From assembly GCA_964589015.1 (NCBI GenBank), contig CAZPTF010000011.1:6743-27199 (forward strand): 20,457 nt of DNA, given 5' to 3'. The stretch is from an uncultured Anaerolineae bacterium. Lineage in GTDB: Bacteria > Chloroflexota > Anaerolineae > DAOTYC01. The first letter of the stretch is position 1, and each line of letters starts with the position of its first letter. The notes beneath the pieces were generated by a model, which was not told the DNA's origin, did no database searches, and saw only the letters and a list, made by a program, of their open reading frames with translations. Both the position numbers and the translations under genes were made by a program. Positions 1 through 8,173 of the stretch are shown one piece after another.

Positions 1-7
1 TGCCAAA

Positions 8-51
8 CGCGAGCCACAGATCATTCTGCGTAAGGTGATTGGTGGCTCGCG
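8..51 (-). terminator. Candidate intrinsic terminator for the AI-2E / DUF4013-alphaCTD operon
   Basis: Perfect 10-bp inverted repeat CGCGAGCCAC (8-17) / GTGGCTCGCG (42-51). On the minus transcript the hairpin is followed by UUUGGCA, about 56 nt after the stop at 107. The 24-nt loop is large. Confidence 0.3.
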
Positions 52-106
52 AACTCTGCATCCGCATGAACGGACCGTTTTTCGGCGTGACCTTGCGCTG
101 GCGCTG

Positions 107-1246
107 TCAGCCCTGCGTGCCTATTCCCTGTGCTTCCAATCGGGTCTTCAGCTCTTCGAGCGACTTGGCTCCAAACCCCTTGATGGACAATAACTCCTTG
201 TCGCCTCGTTCGAGGGCCCTGACGATCTGCCCGACTGTGATGAATCCGTTTTCCTGCAGCACTCGCGCGGTGCGCGCGGATAGTTCCAATGTGCTCAGTG
301 TCAACGCATCGGCAGACGTCGCATCTGCTGTGCCTTGTCCGCTTGCAGCAGCGGTGGGCTGGGCGGGACCGCTTGGCTCAGCCGGCGCAGTGGTTGCTAC
401 TTCTGCTGCTGTGGCAGGAGAGGTGGTGCCGGCACCGTCGCTCTCGCCCGTACCCACGACCTCTGCCGCCCTGGCACTGTCCGTTTTGTCCGGTAAGAGG
501 AGCGGCGCACCGGATGTGACGCTCTCCCCTTCACGATAGATCTGTGCGAACAACGTCATCCCGACGATCAGTGTGTAGAACGCGATCGGAGCGGAGAGCA
601 GCGGCACGAGACAACAGCAACACACGGTGTAGAATAGCAGCCCATAAATTGACCCGGCGATGTAGCTTAGCCCATAAGTGATCGCCCAGACCAGGGCAAA
701 CGAGCCCAGTCGCGAGCGGATGATCGCCCATATTCGACCGACGTGCAACGCGGCGCTCAGGTCGCCGGAAGCTGCGAAGCGGGCAATCGCCGCGGGAGAC
801 ATCAAGATTCCAACGATCAGGAGCACCGTTCCGGCGGCGGCGATGACGATCGCAGCGAGCAACAACAACCTGCTTGTCACGGTCAGCGGCATGACCATAC
901 TCCATGCCGAACCGTCTCCGCCCAGGCCGATCAGGAGACTGTACAATCCGAACGCAACCCCCGCGCCGGCGATGAGCACCAGGCCGGGTAGTGAGTAGAT
1001 GAAGTAGATCAGCATGGAGAGGACACCCTTCACGCCCAGATCCGTCCAGTCGTCCCATTCGGGGAGGCGATTTTCACCGCTCCTGATCGTAAAGTGCATG
1101 CCGCGCACTACGTAGCCGAGCACGAAAATCAGCGGGACGACAGGGATGACGTAGGTGGCCAATAGCAACAGGCTGCCGACCAGGAACTTACCTGCCCATT
1201 GTCTGTCTTTGAATGGGAAAGAGAAAGCCTTGTCGTTAATAACCAT
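107..1246 (-). CDS. Polytopic membrane protein (DUF4013-like N-terminal region) with long Ala/Thr/Pro-rich linker and C-terminal RNA polymerase alpha subunit CTD-like helix-hairpin-helix domain
   Basis: 379-aa ORF. The N-terminal roughly 250 aa contain several hydrophobic helices and a PEWDDWTDLGVKG motif that I recognise as typical of DUF4013-type membrane proteins (from memory). The low-complexity linker is TSGAPLLLPDKTDSARAAEVVGTGESDGAGTTSPATAAEVATTAPAEPSGPAQPTAAASGQGTADATSADA. The C-terminus LSTLELSARTARVLQENGFITVGQIVRALERGDKELLSIKGFGAKSLEELKTRLEAQGI aligns well by eye with the E. coli RpoA alpha-CTD (LELTVRSANCLK...[35 protein letters not shown]). ATG at 1246..1244 is preceded by GGAGGG at 7-nt spacing. 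The start lies 4 bp after the stop of the upstream AI-2E gene, so the two are an operon. Confidence 0.8.
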   Translation of the reverse strand: MVINDKAFSFPFKDRQWAGKFLVGSLLLLATYVIPVVPLIFVLGYVVRGMHFTIRSGENRLPEWDDWTDLGVKGVLSMLIYFIYSLPGLVLIAGAGVAFGLYSLLIGLGGDGSAWSMVMPLTVTSRLLLLAAIVIAAAGTVLLIVGILMSPAAIARFAASGDLSAALHVGRIWAIIRSRLGSFALVWAITYGLSYIAGSIYGLLFYTVCCCCLVPLLSAPIAFYTLIVGMTLFAQIYREGESVTSGAPLLLPDKTDSARAAEVVGTGESDGAGTTSPATAAEVATTAPAEPSGPAQPTAAASGQGTADATSADALTLSTLELSARTARVLQENGFITVGQIVRALERGDKELLSIKGFGAKSLEELKTRLEAQGIGTQG

Positions 1247-1249
1247 TGC

Positions 1250-2434
1250 CTATCCCTCCTTGAAGTCCAAAGAAATATCCATTGGCAGGTCCAGCGCGAC
1301 CTCTCTCTCGCCCCGCACCTGGGCCAGGGCTTCGTCAGGTCCAACCTCCACATCCGAGAAGCGCAGGAAAAGGTAACGCACGACGTCTCTGGACACTGCC
1401 GTCAAGGGAACGATGAGCAGCATGCCCCAAATGCCCCCGAGCTCACCGCCAATCAGAATGACAAACATGACGATCGCCGGATGCAGCCGAACCGCGTTCC
1501 CGGCGATTTGTGGAGCGAGGAGGTTGCTCTCCAATTGTTGGATAACCAGAAAGGCGACCAATGTCCACAACGCTTTGACCGGGGCCTGAATCAAGGCGAT
1601 GAACGCTGCAACGATCAGTGCGATCATCGGACCGATCCAGGGCAACATTTCGAGAAAACCGGCGATGATGCCCAGCAAGAGCGCCGGTTCCACGCCAATG
1701 ACCAGCAAGGCGACTGTCGACATAATGCCAATGGAAGCACCGAGGATCAACTGCCCGCGAAGGTAAGCACCCAATACCTGGTCGATGATCGTATAGATGT
1801 TACGCGCGTCGGCACGATTGGCGCGAGGAATGACGCTCAGCACTGAATTGCGCGCCTTGTCCTCGTCGAGCAACACGTAAAACAACCAGATCGGAATGAG
1901 GACGATGCCCAGAATGAAACTGATTGTCGTAGTAACGACCGCGATGGTCTGTTTGATGCCCTGCTGCACGGTCTGACCCAACTCGGTGGACAGGCGTGTC
2001 ATGTTTTCTGAGGCGATGCGCTCCAGGTCGATCGGCAGGTTGACGTCGATGGGAATCGTGCCTTCATACTGGTCCAGCCATTCCCTGAACAGATTACCCG
2101 CATGGCTGATCAGCGAAGGCATCTGATACTCGAGTGTGGCGATCTGTTGGGAAAGCACCGGGATCAAGAACGCGATGATGATGGAGATGATCAGGATCAC
2201 GATCAAATAAACGATTACGATCGCCAGGGCACGGGACAACTTGGGGTTCCGTAAAGCGACGACCATGTGCCTGTCGAGAAAGTTGACCAGCGGCAAGATG
2301 ATATACCCAATCAAAAGCCCGCCCATGAATGGGAACAAGGCTCGCCGGGCGGTGTACAATGCCCAGAACAATATGAGCGATACGATGATAATGAGGATCA
2401 GGCGGTTTCTTTTGGATGGTGTTAAGGCTGGCAC
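1250..2434 (-). CDS. AI-2E family transporter (PerM/YdiK/UPF0118-type)
   Basis: 394-aa ORF with about 8 predicted TM helices. The architecture and composition are typical of AI-2E family (PF01594-like) permeases. GTG start at 2434 with AGGAG about 8 nt upstream. TAG stop at 1252..1250 sits immediately before the downstream gene. Confidence 0.8.
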   Translation of the reverse strand: MPALTPSKRNRLILIIIVSLILFWALYTARRALFPFMGGLLIGYIILPLVNFLDRHMVVALRNPKLSRALAIVIVYLIVILIISIIIAFLIPVLSQQIATLEYQMPSLISHAGNLFREWLDQYEGTIPIDVNLPIDLERIASENMTRLSTELGQTVQQGIKQTIAVVTTTISFILGIVLIPIWLFYVLLDEDKARNSVLSVIPRANRADARNIYTIIDQVLGAYLRGQLILGASIGIMSTVALLVIGVEPALLLGIIAGFLEMLPWIGPMIALIVAAFIALIQAPVKALWTLVAFLVIQQLESNLLAPQIAGNAVRLHPAIVMFVILIGGELGGIWGMLLIVPLTAVSRDVVRYLFLRFSDVEVGPDEALAQVRGEREVALDLPMDISLDFKEG

Positions 2435-2663
2435 AGAACAACTCCTACAGACGATCTACGTTACCTTGATACAATCGCATTTTCTCATCAACGCAGCCGA
2501 ACGTAGCATGGATACTCACGCCCAGGTGTGTTGTTTCAGATGTCTGTCCTCGATTTCTCAGATGACCGCAATACCGCAACATGCGCGCGCGCGCCCGTTT
2601 CAGGGTGTCAGCAAAAGATCATGCCGATAAGTAGTCGGTTAAAGCCGGCGGTATGAGACAGCG

Positions 2664-3503
2664 CTAGTGAGCTGCAAGCAACGGGAGTAAATGACTTGCC
2701 GTCAATTCCGCTGCCCGTTCTTGTTGGGGCGTGTCCAGCTCTGCTGACAGGTATCCTGCGTATCCCAATGCGCGCAGCGCACCGATGATCTCCGCGAAAT
2801 CCAGATGACCTTGCCCGGGTGCCTCTCGATTCGTGTCGCAGACGTGGATGTGCGTGATCCAGGGCATATACGTGATGAAACTACCGGCAAACGAACTTTC
2901 TTCGATATTCATGTGAAACAGGTCCATCTGCAGACCTAAGTTCTCCGTTCCGATCTCACGGATCAACTCCAATCCGTCCTGGGCAGTATTGACGAAGTTC
3001 GATTGGTAGCGATTGATCGGTTCCAGAGCGATCCTGACGCCGCGCTCGCGGGCATAGTGTGCCACGAAGCGCAAATTCTCGACGGCCCATCTCCGCGCCT
3101 CGGCGCGGTCCTGCCCGGGAGCGAATTGGCCACGTAACAGGCCTGCGTTGATCTGCGGTCCGAAGGGTTGTGCTCCGGATACTGCCGCCGCGAAGTCGAT
3201 CAATGCACAGATGCGGTTGCGTGCTTCTTCTCTCCTGGCACCAGGGGGCAGCATCAAACTCAAACCATCATCGAGAAAGACGCGCCCGGTGTTAACCAGA
3301 GCGACCTCCAATTGGTTTTCGCTCAGGCGCCTGCTCAGCGCCGCAGTGTCGATGGCTTGTGGATCGCGCATCATGAGTTCTACACCGCGATAACCCAAGC
3401 GGTGGAGGGAGCGCAGGAATGGGTCCAATGGGCCATTGTAGGCGGTCACAGCGGTGCTCGACACATCGGGTGTGCATACCACAAAACAGAGTTTCACGTG
3501 CAT
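2664..3503 (-). CDS. Sugar phosphate isomerase/epimerase (xylose-isomerase-like TIM barrel, AP endonuclease 2 family)
   Basis: 279-aa ORF. Motifs typical of the xylose isomerase-like TIM-barrel family: HVCD, ELDTP, FHMNIEE, RIALEPINR. ATG at 3503 with GGGAGAA RBS. Confidence 0.8.
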   Translation of the reverse strand: MHVKLCFVVCTPDVSSTAVTAYNGPLDPFLRSLHRLGYRGVELMMRDPQAIDTAALSRRLSENQLEVALVNTGRVFLDDGLSLMLPPGARREEARNRICALIDFAAAVSGAQPFGPQINAGLLRGQFAPGQDRAEARRWAVENLRFVAHYARERGVRIALEPINRYQSNFVNTAQDGLELIREIGTENLGLQMDLFHMNIEESSFAGSFITYMPWITHIHVCDTNREAPGQGHLDFAEIIGALRALGYAGYLSAELDTPQQERAAELTASHLLPLLAAH

Positions 3504-3543
3504 TTCTCCCAGGCGGTTTTTCTCGTACTATCTCCATACCCGT

Positions 3544-3572
3544 ATTATATCATGGAACGGGTAAATAGTCGA
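3544..3572 (-). promoter_or_regulatory. Candidate sigma70 promoter for the TIM-barrel/downstream genes (-35 TCGACT, 17-nt spacer, -10 TATAAT on minus strand)
   Basis: Minus-strand reading gives TCGACT (plus 3567-3572), a 17-nt spacer, then TATAAT (plus 3544-3549). The predicted TSS is about 34 nt upstream of ATG 3503. Confidence 0.3.
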
Positions 3573-3586
3573 TTGTATCGGGTGCA

Positions 3587-4378
3587 CTAACTCTGGGGGA
3601 TCTGGGACAGGCATAGCTCAACCCAGTCTTCTGGGATCAGAGCGGGGTCCGGAATTCCATATCCGAGGTGAATCAGGAATTCCGCGTTGCCTGCCGGGCC
3701 AAGTAGAGGAGAGGGAACCAGGCCCAAAAACGATAAACTTTCAGCCTTGGCCCACTGGATCAACCGCCGCAAGACATCTCTGTGAACGTCGTGGTTCGTG
3801 ACGACACCGCCCTTGCCGATCTGGTCACGCCCGGCCTCGAACTGCGGTTTGATCAGCGCGATGAGTGAGGTGCCGGTCTTGAGCAACCTGAGCACGGGAG
3901 GAATGACCAACCGGAGAGAAATGAACGACACATCGAAGGTGGCAATGTCGATGGCTTCAGGTAGGCTGTCCAGATATCTGGCGTTGACCTTTTCCATAAC
4001 GATGACGCGGGGATCTTGCCGCAGTTGCCAGGCAAGCTGTCCGTAGCCCACATCGACGGCATATACGCGGGCAGCGCCCCGTTGGAGGAGACAATCGGTG
4101 AATCCCCCGGTCGATGCTCCGATGTCGACGGCGACGAGTCCTGCGACGGAAACGTCGAATCGATCCAGGGCGGCAGCCAGTTTGTTCCCTGCTCGGCTCA
4201 CAAAAGGAGGTTTGCTCTTAATGACGATGTCTTCCGCACCGCTGACCATGGTGGATGGTTTGATGGGTACCTGCCCGTCAACGGAGACCTCGCCAGCCAT
4301 AATCAGCCGGCGTGCTTGTTCGCGGCTCTCGACCAGGCCGCGCTCCAGCAGCAGGCAATCCAGTCTCTGCCGTTTCAT
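3587..4378 (-). CDS. tlyA: TlyA family rRNA (cytidine-2'-O)-methyltransferase (S4 domain + FtsJ-like MTase)
   Basis: 263 aa. N-terminal S4-like RLDCLLLERGLVESREQARRLIMAGEVSVDG. Rossmann SAM motif VDIGASTGGFTDCLLQRGAARVYAVDVGYGQLAWQLRQDPRV. ATG at 4378 with AAGGAG upstream. Confidence 0.88.
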   Translation of the reverse strand: MKRQRLDCLLLERGLVESREQARRLIMAGEVSVDGQVPIKPSTMVSGAEDIVIKSKPPFVSRAGNKLAAALDRFDVSVAGLVAVDIGASTGGFTDCLLQRGAARVYAVDVGYGQLAWQLRQDPRVIVMEKVNARYLDSLPEAIDIATFDVSFISLRLVIPPVLRLLKTGTSLIALIKPQFEAGRDQIGKGGVVTNHDVHRDVLRRLIQWAKAESLSFLGLVPSPLLGPAGNAEFLIHLGYGIPDPALIPEDWVELCLSQIPQS

Positions 4379-4409
4379 ACGCTCCTTCGCCTTTGGTCGT
4401 CAAACAAAG

Positions 4410-5336
4410 TTAAACACCGAGACAGTCATATATTCTGTCGAGGCTGATGTCGGGGCAGACGGTATCTCTACATCTGAGCGTCAGCGCTGCGGCTGCTACA
4501 CCCAACCGCACCGCCTCGTCGATCGGGAAATCGTGCAGAATCCCGAAAATGAGCGCGGCAGTCAACGCGTCTCCCCCGCCGGTGAAATCCACGACATCGG
4601 TCTTGACCGCGCTGATGTGACCGCTGCTCTCACTGGTTGCATAGCACACGCCCAGCTCGGCAAGGGTGACGATGGCGATCGAAACGCCTTCCTTGACCAG
4701 GGATTTGGCTGCTCGTTCTGCCAGGGAACGCTTGTCTGCTTTGCGCATACAGAGTGCCTCTGTCTCGGCAGCATTGGGCGTAATCATGTAAAGCTGTGAC
4801 AGGTAGGGCTTGAGCCGAGGTGCCAGAGTCGCGGAAGTCGGGTCGGCACATACCGGAATGTGGTGTTTCTCGGCCAGAGCCATGATCGAAGCGATGGTCG
4901 GAGGAGACAAATTGGCATCGAACACCACCATGTCCGCCTCGCTGATGACGGTGCGGCGTGCGTAGATGTAACGCGGCGTGATGGCCCCGATCACCTCCAT
5001 ATCGTCGACAGAAACGAAAGGATTCCCATCCTGGTCCAAAACAGCAATGTAGGCGGCGGAACGCGACTGCGATTGGACCACGACGTGCTCGATGTTGACT
5101 CCGCCCTCCTGCGTGCGTTGCAGGATTCGCCTGCCGGAAGTGTCATCGCCCACGGCCGACAACAGCACCGTGTCGATCCCCAGACGTGCCAGATTCTCGG
5201 CCACATTGCGGGCTACTCCGCCCACGCTGACGCGAATCTCTCCGGGGGTAGAGGTGCCGGGCAACAACTCGGCTTGACCGCGTCCTTTCGTGTCGATACT
5301 GGCAGCTCCGATAACAACGACCTGGTGGTCTGGCAT
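4410..5336 (-). CDS. PfkB-family carbohydrate kinase (ribokinase-like)
   Basis: I moved the start from the ORF-track Met to the internal Met of MPDHQVVVIGAASIDT. That ATG at 5336 is preceded by AGGAGA (AAGAGGAGATAGAC ATG), whereas the upstream extension has no RBS and no homology. PfkB signatures are present: N-terminal GG-type region (VSVGGVARNVAENLARLG) and a C-terminal anion-hole motif (FTGGGDALTAAL). Confidence 0.85.
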   Translation of the reverse strand: MPDHQVVVIGAASIDTKGRGQAELLPGTSTPGEIRVSVGGVARNVAENLARLGIDTVLLSAVGDDTSGRRILQRTQEGGVNIEHVVVQSQSRSAAYIAVLDQDGNPFVSVDDMEVIGAITPRYIYARRTVISEADMVVFDANLSPPTIASIMALAEKHHIPVCADPTSATLAPRLKPYLSQLYMITPNAAETEALCMRKADKRSLAERAAKSLVKEGVSIAIVTLAELGVCYATSESSGHISAVKTDVVDFTGGGDALTAALIFGILHDFPIDEAVRLGVAAAALTLRCRDTVCPDISLDRIYDCLGV

Positions 5337-5377
5337 GTCTATCTCCTCTTTCGTCTGGATGCGACGTCCAGGACTGT

Positions 5378-6292
5378 CTATGCGTTGGGTAGCTTTGGAT
5401 CTTCGACCAAAGAGCTGATTTGTCCCCACATGTCCGCTTCTACACGATATCGTCTTATTACCGTGTGGCTGTTTTCCTCTTCTCTCTCTCCATCCGAAAG
5501 CAGTTTCTCCTTGATATGGTTGAGAATCATGCTGATACCGCCCTGTTCTGTCCGTTTGATCGCAGAGGGTCTTGTCAGGCGCAGCGGCACTTCGATGCTT
5601 TCCGCCGCGCTTCTTTGGACGATATCGCTGAGGATCTTGGTGTTCATGAAAATGGGTTGTCCACTTTTTTCGTTGAGGCGGTCGATGAACAGCCCGGCGC
5701 TCATCAGCATACTGCCAGCGGTGAAAGAAGCGAAGATGAGGCCGACCATAGCAGGCATCAGAATCTTTTGAATCAGCAGTCCTTCTATCCCGTAAGCATA
5801 GATGACCGCTGCCTGTGACGTGGACGGAACGAAAAACATGGACAAACTCAGATGTATGAGCAACAGCAATACGCCAAACAGGAACAAGATCACTGCGCTG
5901 GTATATAGATCAGGCCGTGGTGGTTTGAGAACGTGGCGCAACCAGTTGTAGTTCCACAACTGAAAACGGACTGCATAGATGACGAAGGTCGCGATGAACG
6001 ACATGAACCATGCCAGAAACAGACCCATCAGCGTGCTCTTGTTGGCGGTCAGACCAGTAATGATATCCGGACTGGTCCAGGCGCTTGCGATGACAAAATA
6101 GCCGAGCAACAGCAGCGTAATGCCATCCAGTGCAATGGCAATGAGGCCCCAGATGTTCCCGAAGAAGTCGGCGAACCGGCGCAGCCGGGGAAGTTCGCGT
6201 TGCGCTTCCCAGAAACTGTTGTCATGACCACATCTCCAACAGGGGTTGTCCCCCCATGTATATTGCGCGTGGCAAACATTGCATGTAGCCAT
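5378..6292 (-). CDS. Zinc-ribbon-containing polytopic membrane protein (hypothetical)
   Basis: ATG at 6292 (MATCNVCHAQYTWGDNPCWRCGHDNSFWEA) is preceded by AAGGGGTG. The ORF-track start at 6316 is a TTG with no RBS. It has an N-terminal CxxC...CxxC zinc ribbon, about 5 hydrophobic helices and a roughly 90-aa charged C-terminal tail. I recognise no family. It lies 59 bp downstream of the SPFH gene on the same strand. Confidence 0.7.
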   Translation of the reverse strand: MATCNVCHAQYTWGDNPCWRCGHDNSFWEAQRELPRLRRFADFFGNIWGLIAIALDGITLLLLGYFVIASAWTSPDIITGLTANKSTLMGLFLAWFMSFIATFVIYAVRFQLWNYNWLRHVLKPPRPDLYTSAVILFLFGVLLLLIHLSLSMFFVPSTSQAAVIYAYGIEGLLIQKILMPAMVGLIFASFTAGSMLMSAGLFIDRLNEKSGQPIFMNTKILSDIVQRSAAESIEVPLRLTRPSAIKRTEQGGISMILNHIKEKLLSDGEREEENSHTVIRRYRVEADMWGQISSLVEDPKLPNA

Positions 6293-6375
6293 TGGCTTCA
6301 CCCCTTTGCTATACAACCACTGGGAGCGGTCGGTTATTCATCGCCCCATCACTGCGAACGGCTGGACAAAACCGG

Positions 6376-7998
6376 TCAAGGTTTCCGGTCCTTGTTTCCC
6401 TCTTCCGGTGTATCGGAGGATGCGGTTGGGAGCAGCTGCATTCTGAACTTCTCCAGGTCCTGGAACGGTATGCCAAAGGGAAACAACGGCCTTGTGGCTG
6501 GGTCACTGGCAATGTCTTTGAGCACCTCGATGAAACGAAGCGAAAGGATGACATTCGATGAATACTCAGCCTCAGTGCCAGTGTCTTCCAGAATCTCACG
6601 AATACTTCGCAGCATGCTCGTTTGGACCTTGAGCCGTGCGCTCTCGATCTCTTCGTAGGCTCTGGCCTGAGCTTCGCTCTGCTGGACGAAGAGCGCATTT
6701 TGTTTCTTGAGCAGCCAATCTCTCTTGAGCTGTTCCTGGACATCCTGGGGGACATCAATTTCGCCGATAGACACATCGGTGACTACGACACCCCAGTGCT
6801 CTACAATGCCGTTGAGGCGCTCTTTGATTTCCTGGCAGACTCTGCCTCGAATCTGTGGCGGGTCGGTGTGATTCTGCGTGGTGAACAAGTCGTCCAGTGT
6901 GGTCTGGCCGATAACATCACGCAGGATGTCCTCTGCGACGTGGGGGACCGCCGCTTCCCAGTTGTTCACGGTGGTGGCCGCACGGTAGACATCACCCGGA
7001 TCGACCGGATAAGCCTCGGGCAGATCCTCAGCTTGCGTAGACGAAAAGGCGAGCAACGTTGGATCCTGTTTAGGCTCTGTCTTCCGTTTGAGCCGGAAAA
7101 AGACCTTCAGGTCCAGATCCAGCGAGATACGGTCCCTGGTCAGCACATTGCGCACGCTTCTCGATTTCTCCGGCTCTTTTCTGGGCGCTTCTTTCGTTTT
7201 GCCCGGTATCTGCAACGCGGTCTGTGGTGATGGCTGTGGGGTGGTGGGACTTGGTTGCGCCGGTGGTGAGAGATTGTCGCGCGATGTCAGGTTGATGATC
7301 TTGTAGATGCGCTCGAATCTCTTGGTGACGTACACCCCGCTCAACGCGATGTGCGAGAGCTTTCCGCCTTGCTGGAAAACCACCGCATTGCCCGCACGGA
7401 CGATGGCCTTCCCAGGCCCGCCCCATTTCGGGAATATGCCTGCCGGTCTACTGACCGTGCTCTTGCCGTCCTCAATAATGTAATAGGGGTAGTTCACATT
7501 GAGAACCAAAGATCTCAGAGCGCGGCGCGCTGTCTTGGCGTCCAATCCGGTGAAGGCTTCGACTGCGGCCTGGTGTAAGAAGACGTAGCCCTCGAGGATG
7601 CCAATGGGGACGAGAATACCGATCAGTAATCCCAACAGTGCTGCCAGGATAGAGTTACCTGTCGATGCGCTGGCAACGCTCTGGAAGATCTGCGTTGCCA
7701 AACCTCCGTAGCCGCTGTTGAATGCCACATAGAAGCCATAGGTTGCAGCGATCCAGCTCAACAGGCCGGGTATAACAATGACGAATACGATCCGCCGGTA
7801 TTTTTGCACGGAGTTGCCTGCTGCAAGGGCGGCGAGTGACAGAACAGAAAACAGCGCTGTGACCAGCACACCGAATCCACCGGATAGCCACATCAGCAGA
7901 TTGATGACCAGCAGAACGCCTAAGGCTGCGTACCAGAGGGTTGAAGGCCTGGTTTTGTGCGTTGCGATATTCGCCGGCTCGCTGTTACTGAAGTCCAT
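6376..7998 (-). CDS. SPFH/band-7 (stomatin/prohibitin/flotillin/HflK-C) domain membrane protein with 4 N-terminal TM helices and proline-rich insertion
   Basis: 540 aa with four N-terminal hydrophobic helices. The SPFH core shows ISLDLDLKVFFRLKR, GVVVTDVSIGEIDVPQDVQEQL (compare HflK/C GIEVxDVRIKxIDLPxEVxEA) and a coiled-coil ARAYEEIESARLKVQ. A roughly 45-aa low-complexity insert (PPAQPSPTTPQPSPQTALQIPGKTKEAPRKEPEKSRS) splits the domain. ATG at 7998 with GAGGAG RBS. Confidence 0.8.
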   Translation of the reverse strand: MDFSNSEPANIATHKTRPSTLWYAALGVLLVINLLMWLSGGFGVLVTALFSVLSLAALAAGNSVQKYRRIVFVIVIPGLLSWIAATYGFYVAFNSGYGGLATQIFQSVASASTGNSILAALLGLLIGILVPIGILEGYVFLHQAAVEAFTGLDAKTARRALRSLVLNVNYPYYIIEDGKSTVSRPAGIFPKWGGPGKAIVRAGNAVVFQQGGKLSHIALSGVYVTKRFERIYKIINLTSRDNLSPPAQPSPTTPQPSPQTALQIPGKTKEAPRKEPEKSRSVRNVLTRDRISLDLDLKVFFRLKRKTEPKQDPTLLAFSSTQAEDLPEAYPVDPGDVYRAATTVNNWEAAVPHVAEDILRDVIGQTTLDDLFTTQNHTDPPQIRGRVCQEIKERLNGIVEHWGVVVTDVSIGEIDVPQDVQEQLKRDWLLKKQNALFVQQSEAQARAYEEIESARLKVQTSMLRSIREILEDTGTEAEYSSNVILSLRFIEVLKDIASDPATRPLFPFGIPFQDLEKFRMQLLPTASSDTPEEGNKDRKP

Positions 7999-8069
7999 CT
8001 CGACTCCTCGCGTGGGGAAACCCTGTTTGGTCTCCCGGTCCTGCTCATTCGTGACTGATTACTGTCCTA

Positions 8070-8080
8070 AATATAACACA
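8070..8080 (-). promoter_or_regulatory. Candidate extended -10 promoter (TGTGTTATATT on minus strand) for the SPFH gene/operon
   Basis: The reverse complement of plus 8070-8080 reads TGtTATATT (a TGn extended -10). It sits in an AT-rich island about 70 nt upstream of the SPFH start. No good -35 is present, which is typical for extended -10 promoters. Confidence 0.3.
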
Positions 8081-8173
8081 CATTGCCACGAAACTAAAAT
8101 GAAGCAATTGCTCCGTACACCTGAGCGTTACATTGCAACAGGGGCAAAAGGCCCTCCCTTGGAGAACGCTGCG

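Noticed and set aside
39-539. 166-aa plus-strand ORF (Ala/Ser/Pro-rich)
   Set aside because: Antisense to the low-complexity linker of the DUF4013-alphaCTD gene. The composition mirrors that of the linker.
2583-2594. (GC)6 alternating tract in the AI-2E / TIM-barrel intergenic region
   Set aside because: Short Z-DNA-prone simple repeat. It is too short to call a meaningful feature in a high-GC genome.
5337-5429. 31-aa N-terminal extension of the PfkB kinase
   Set aside because: The internal ATG at 5336 has a strong AGGAGA RBS and the homology begins there.
4860-5771. 303-aa plus-strand ORF, and other plus ORFs at 4098-4799, 5933-6658, 1199-1846, 15178-15882
   Set aside because: All are antisense to minus-strand genes with clear domain signatures. 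None has an RBS, and their composition is typical of GC-rich shadow ORFs.
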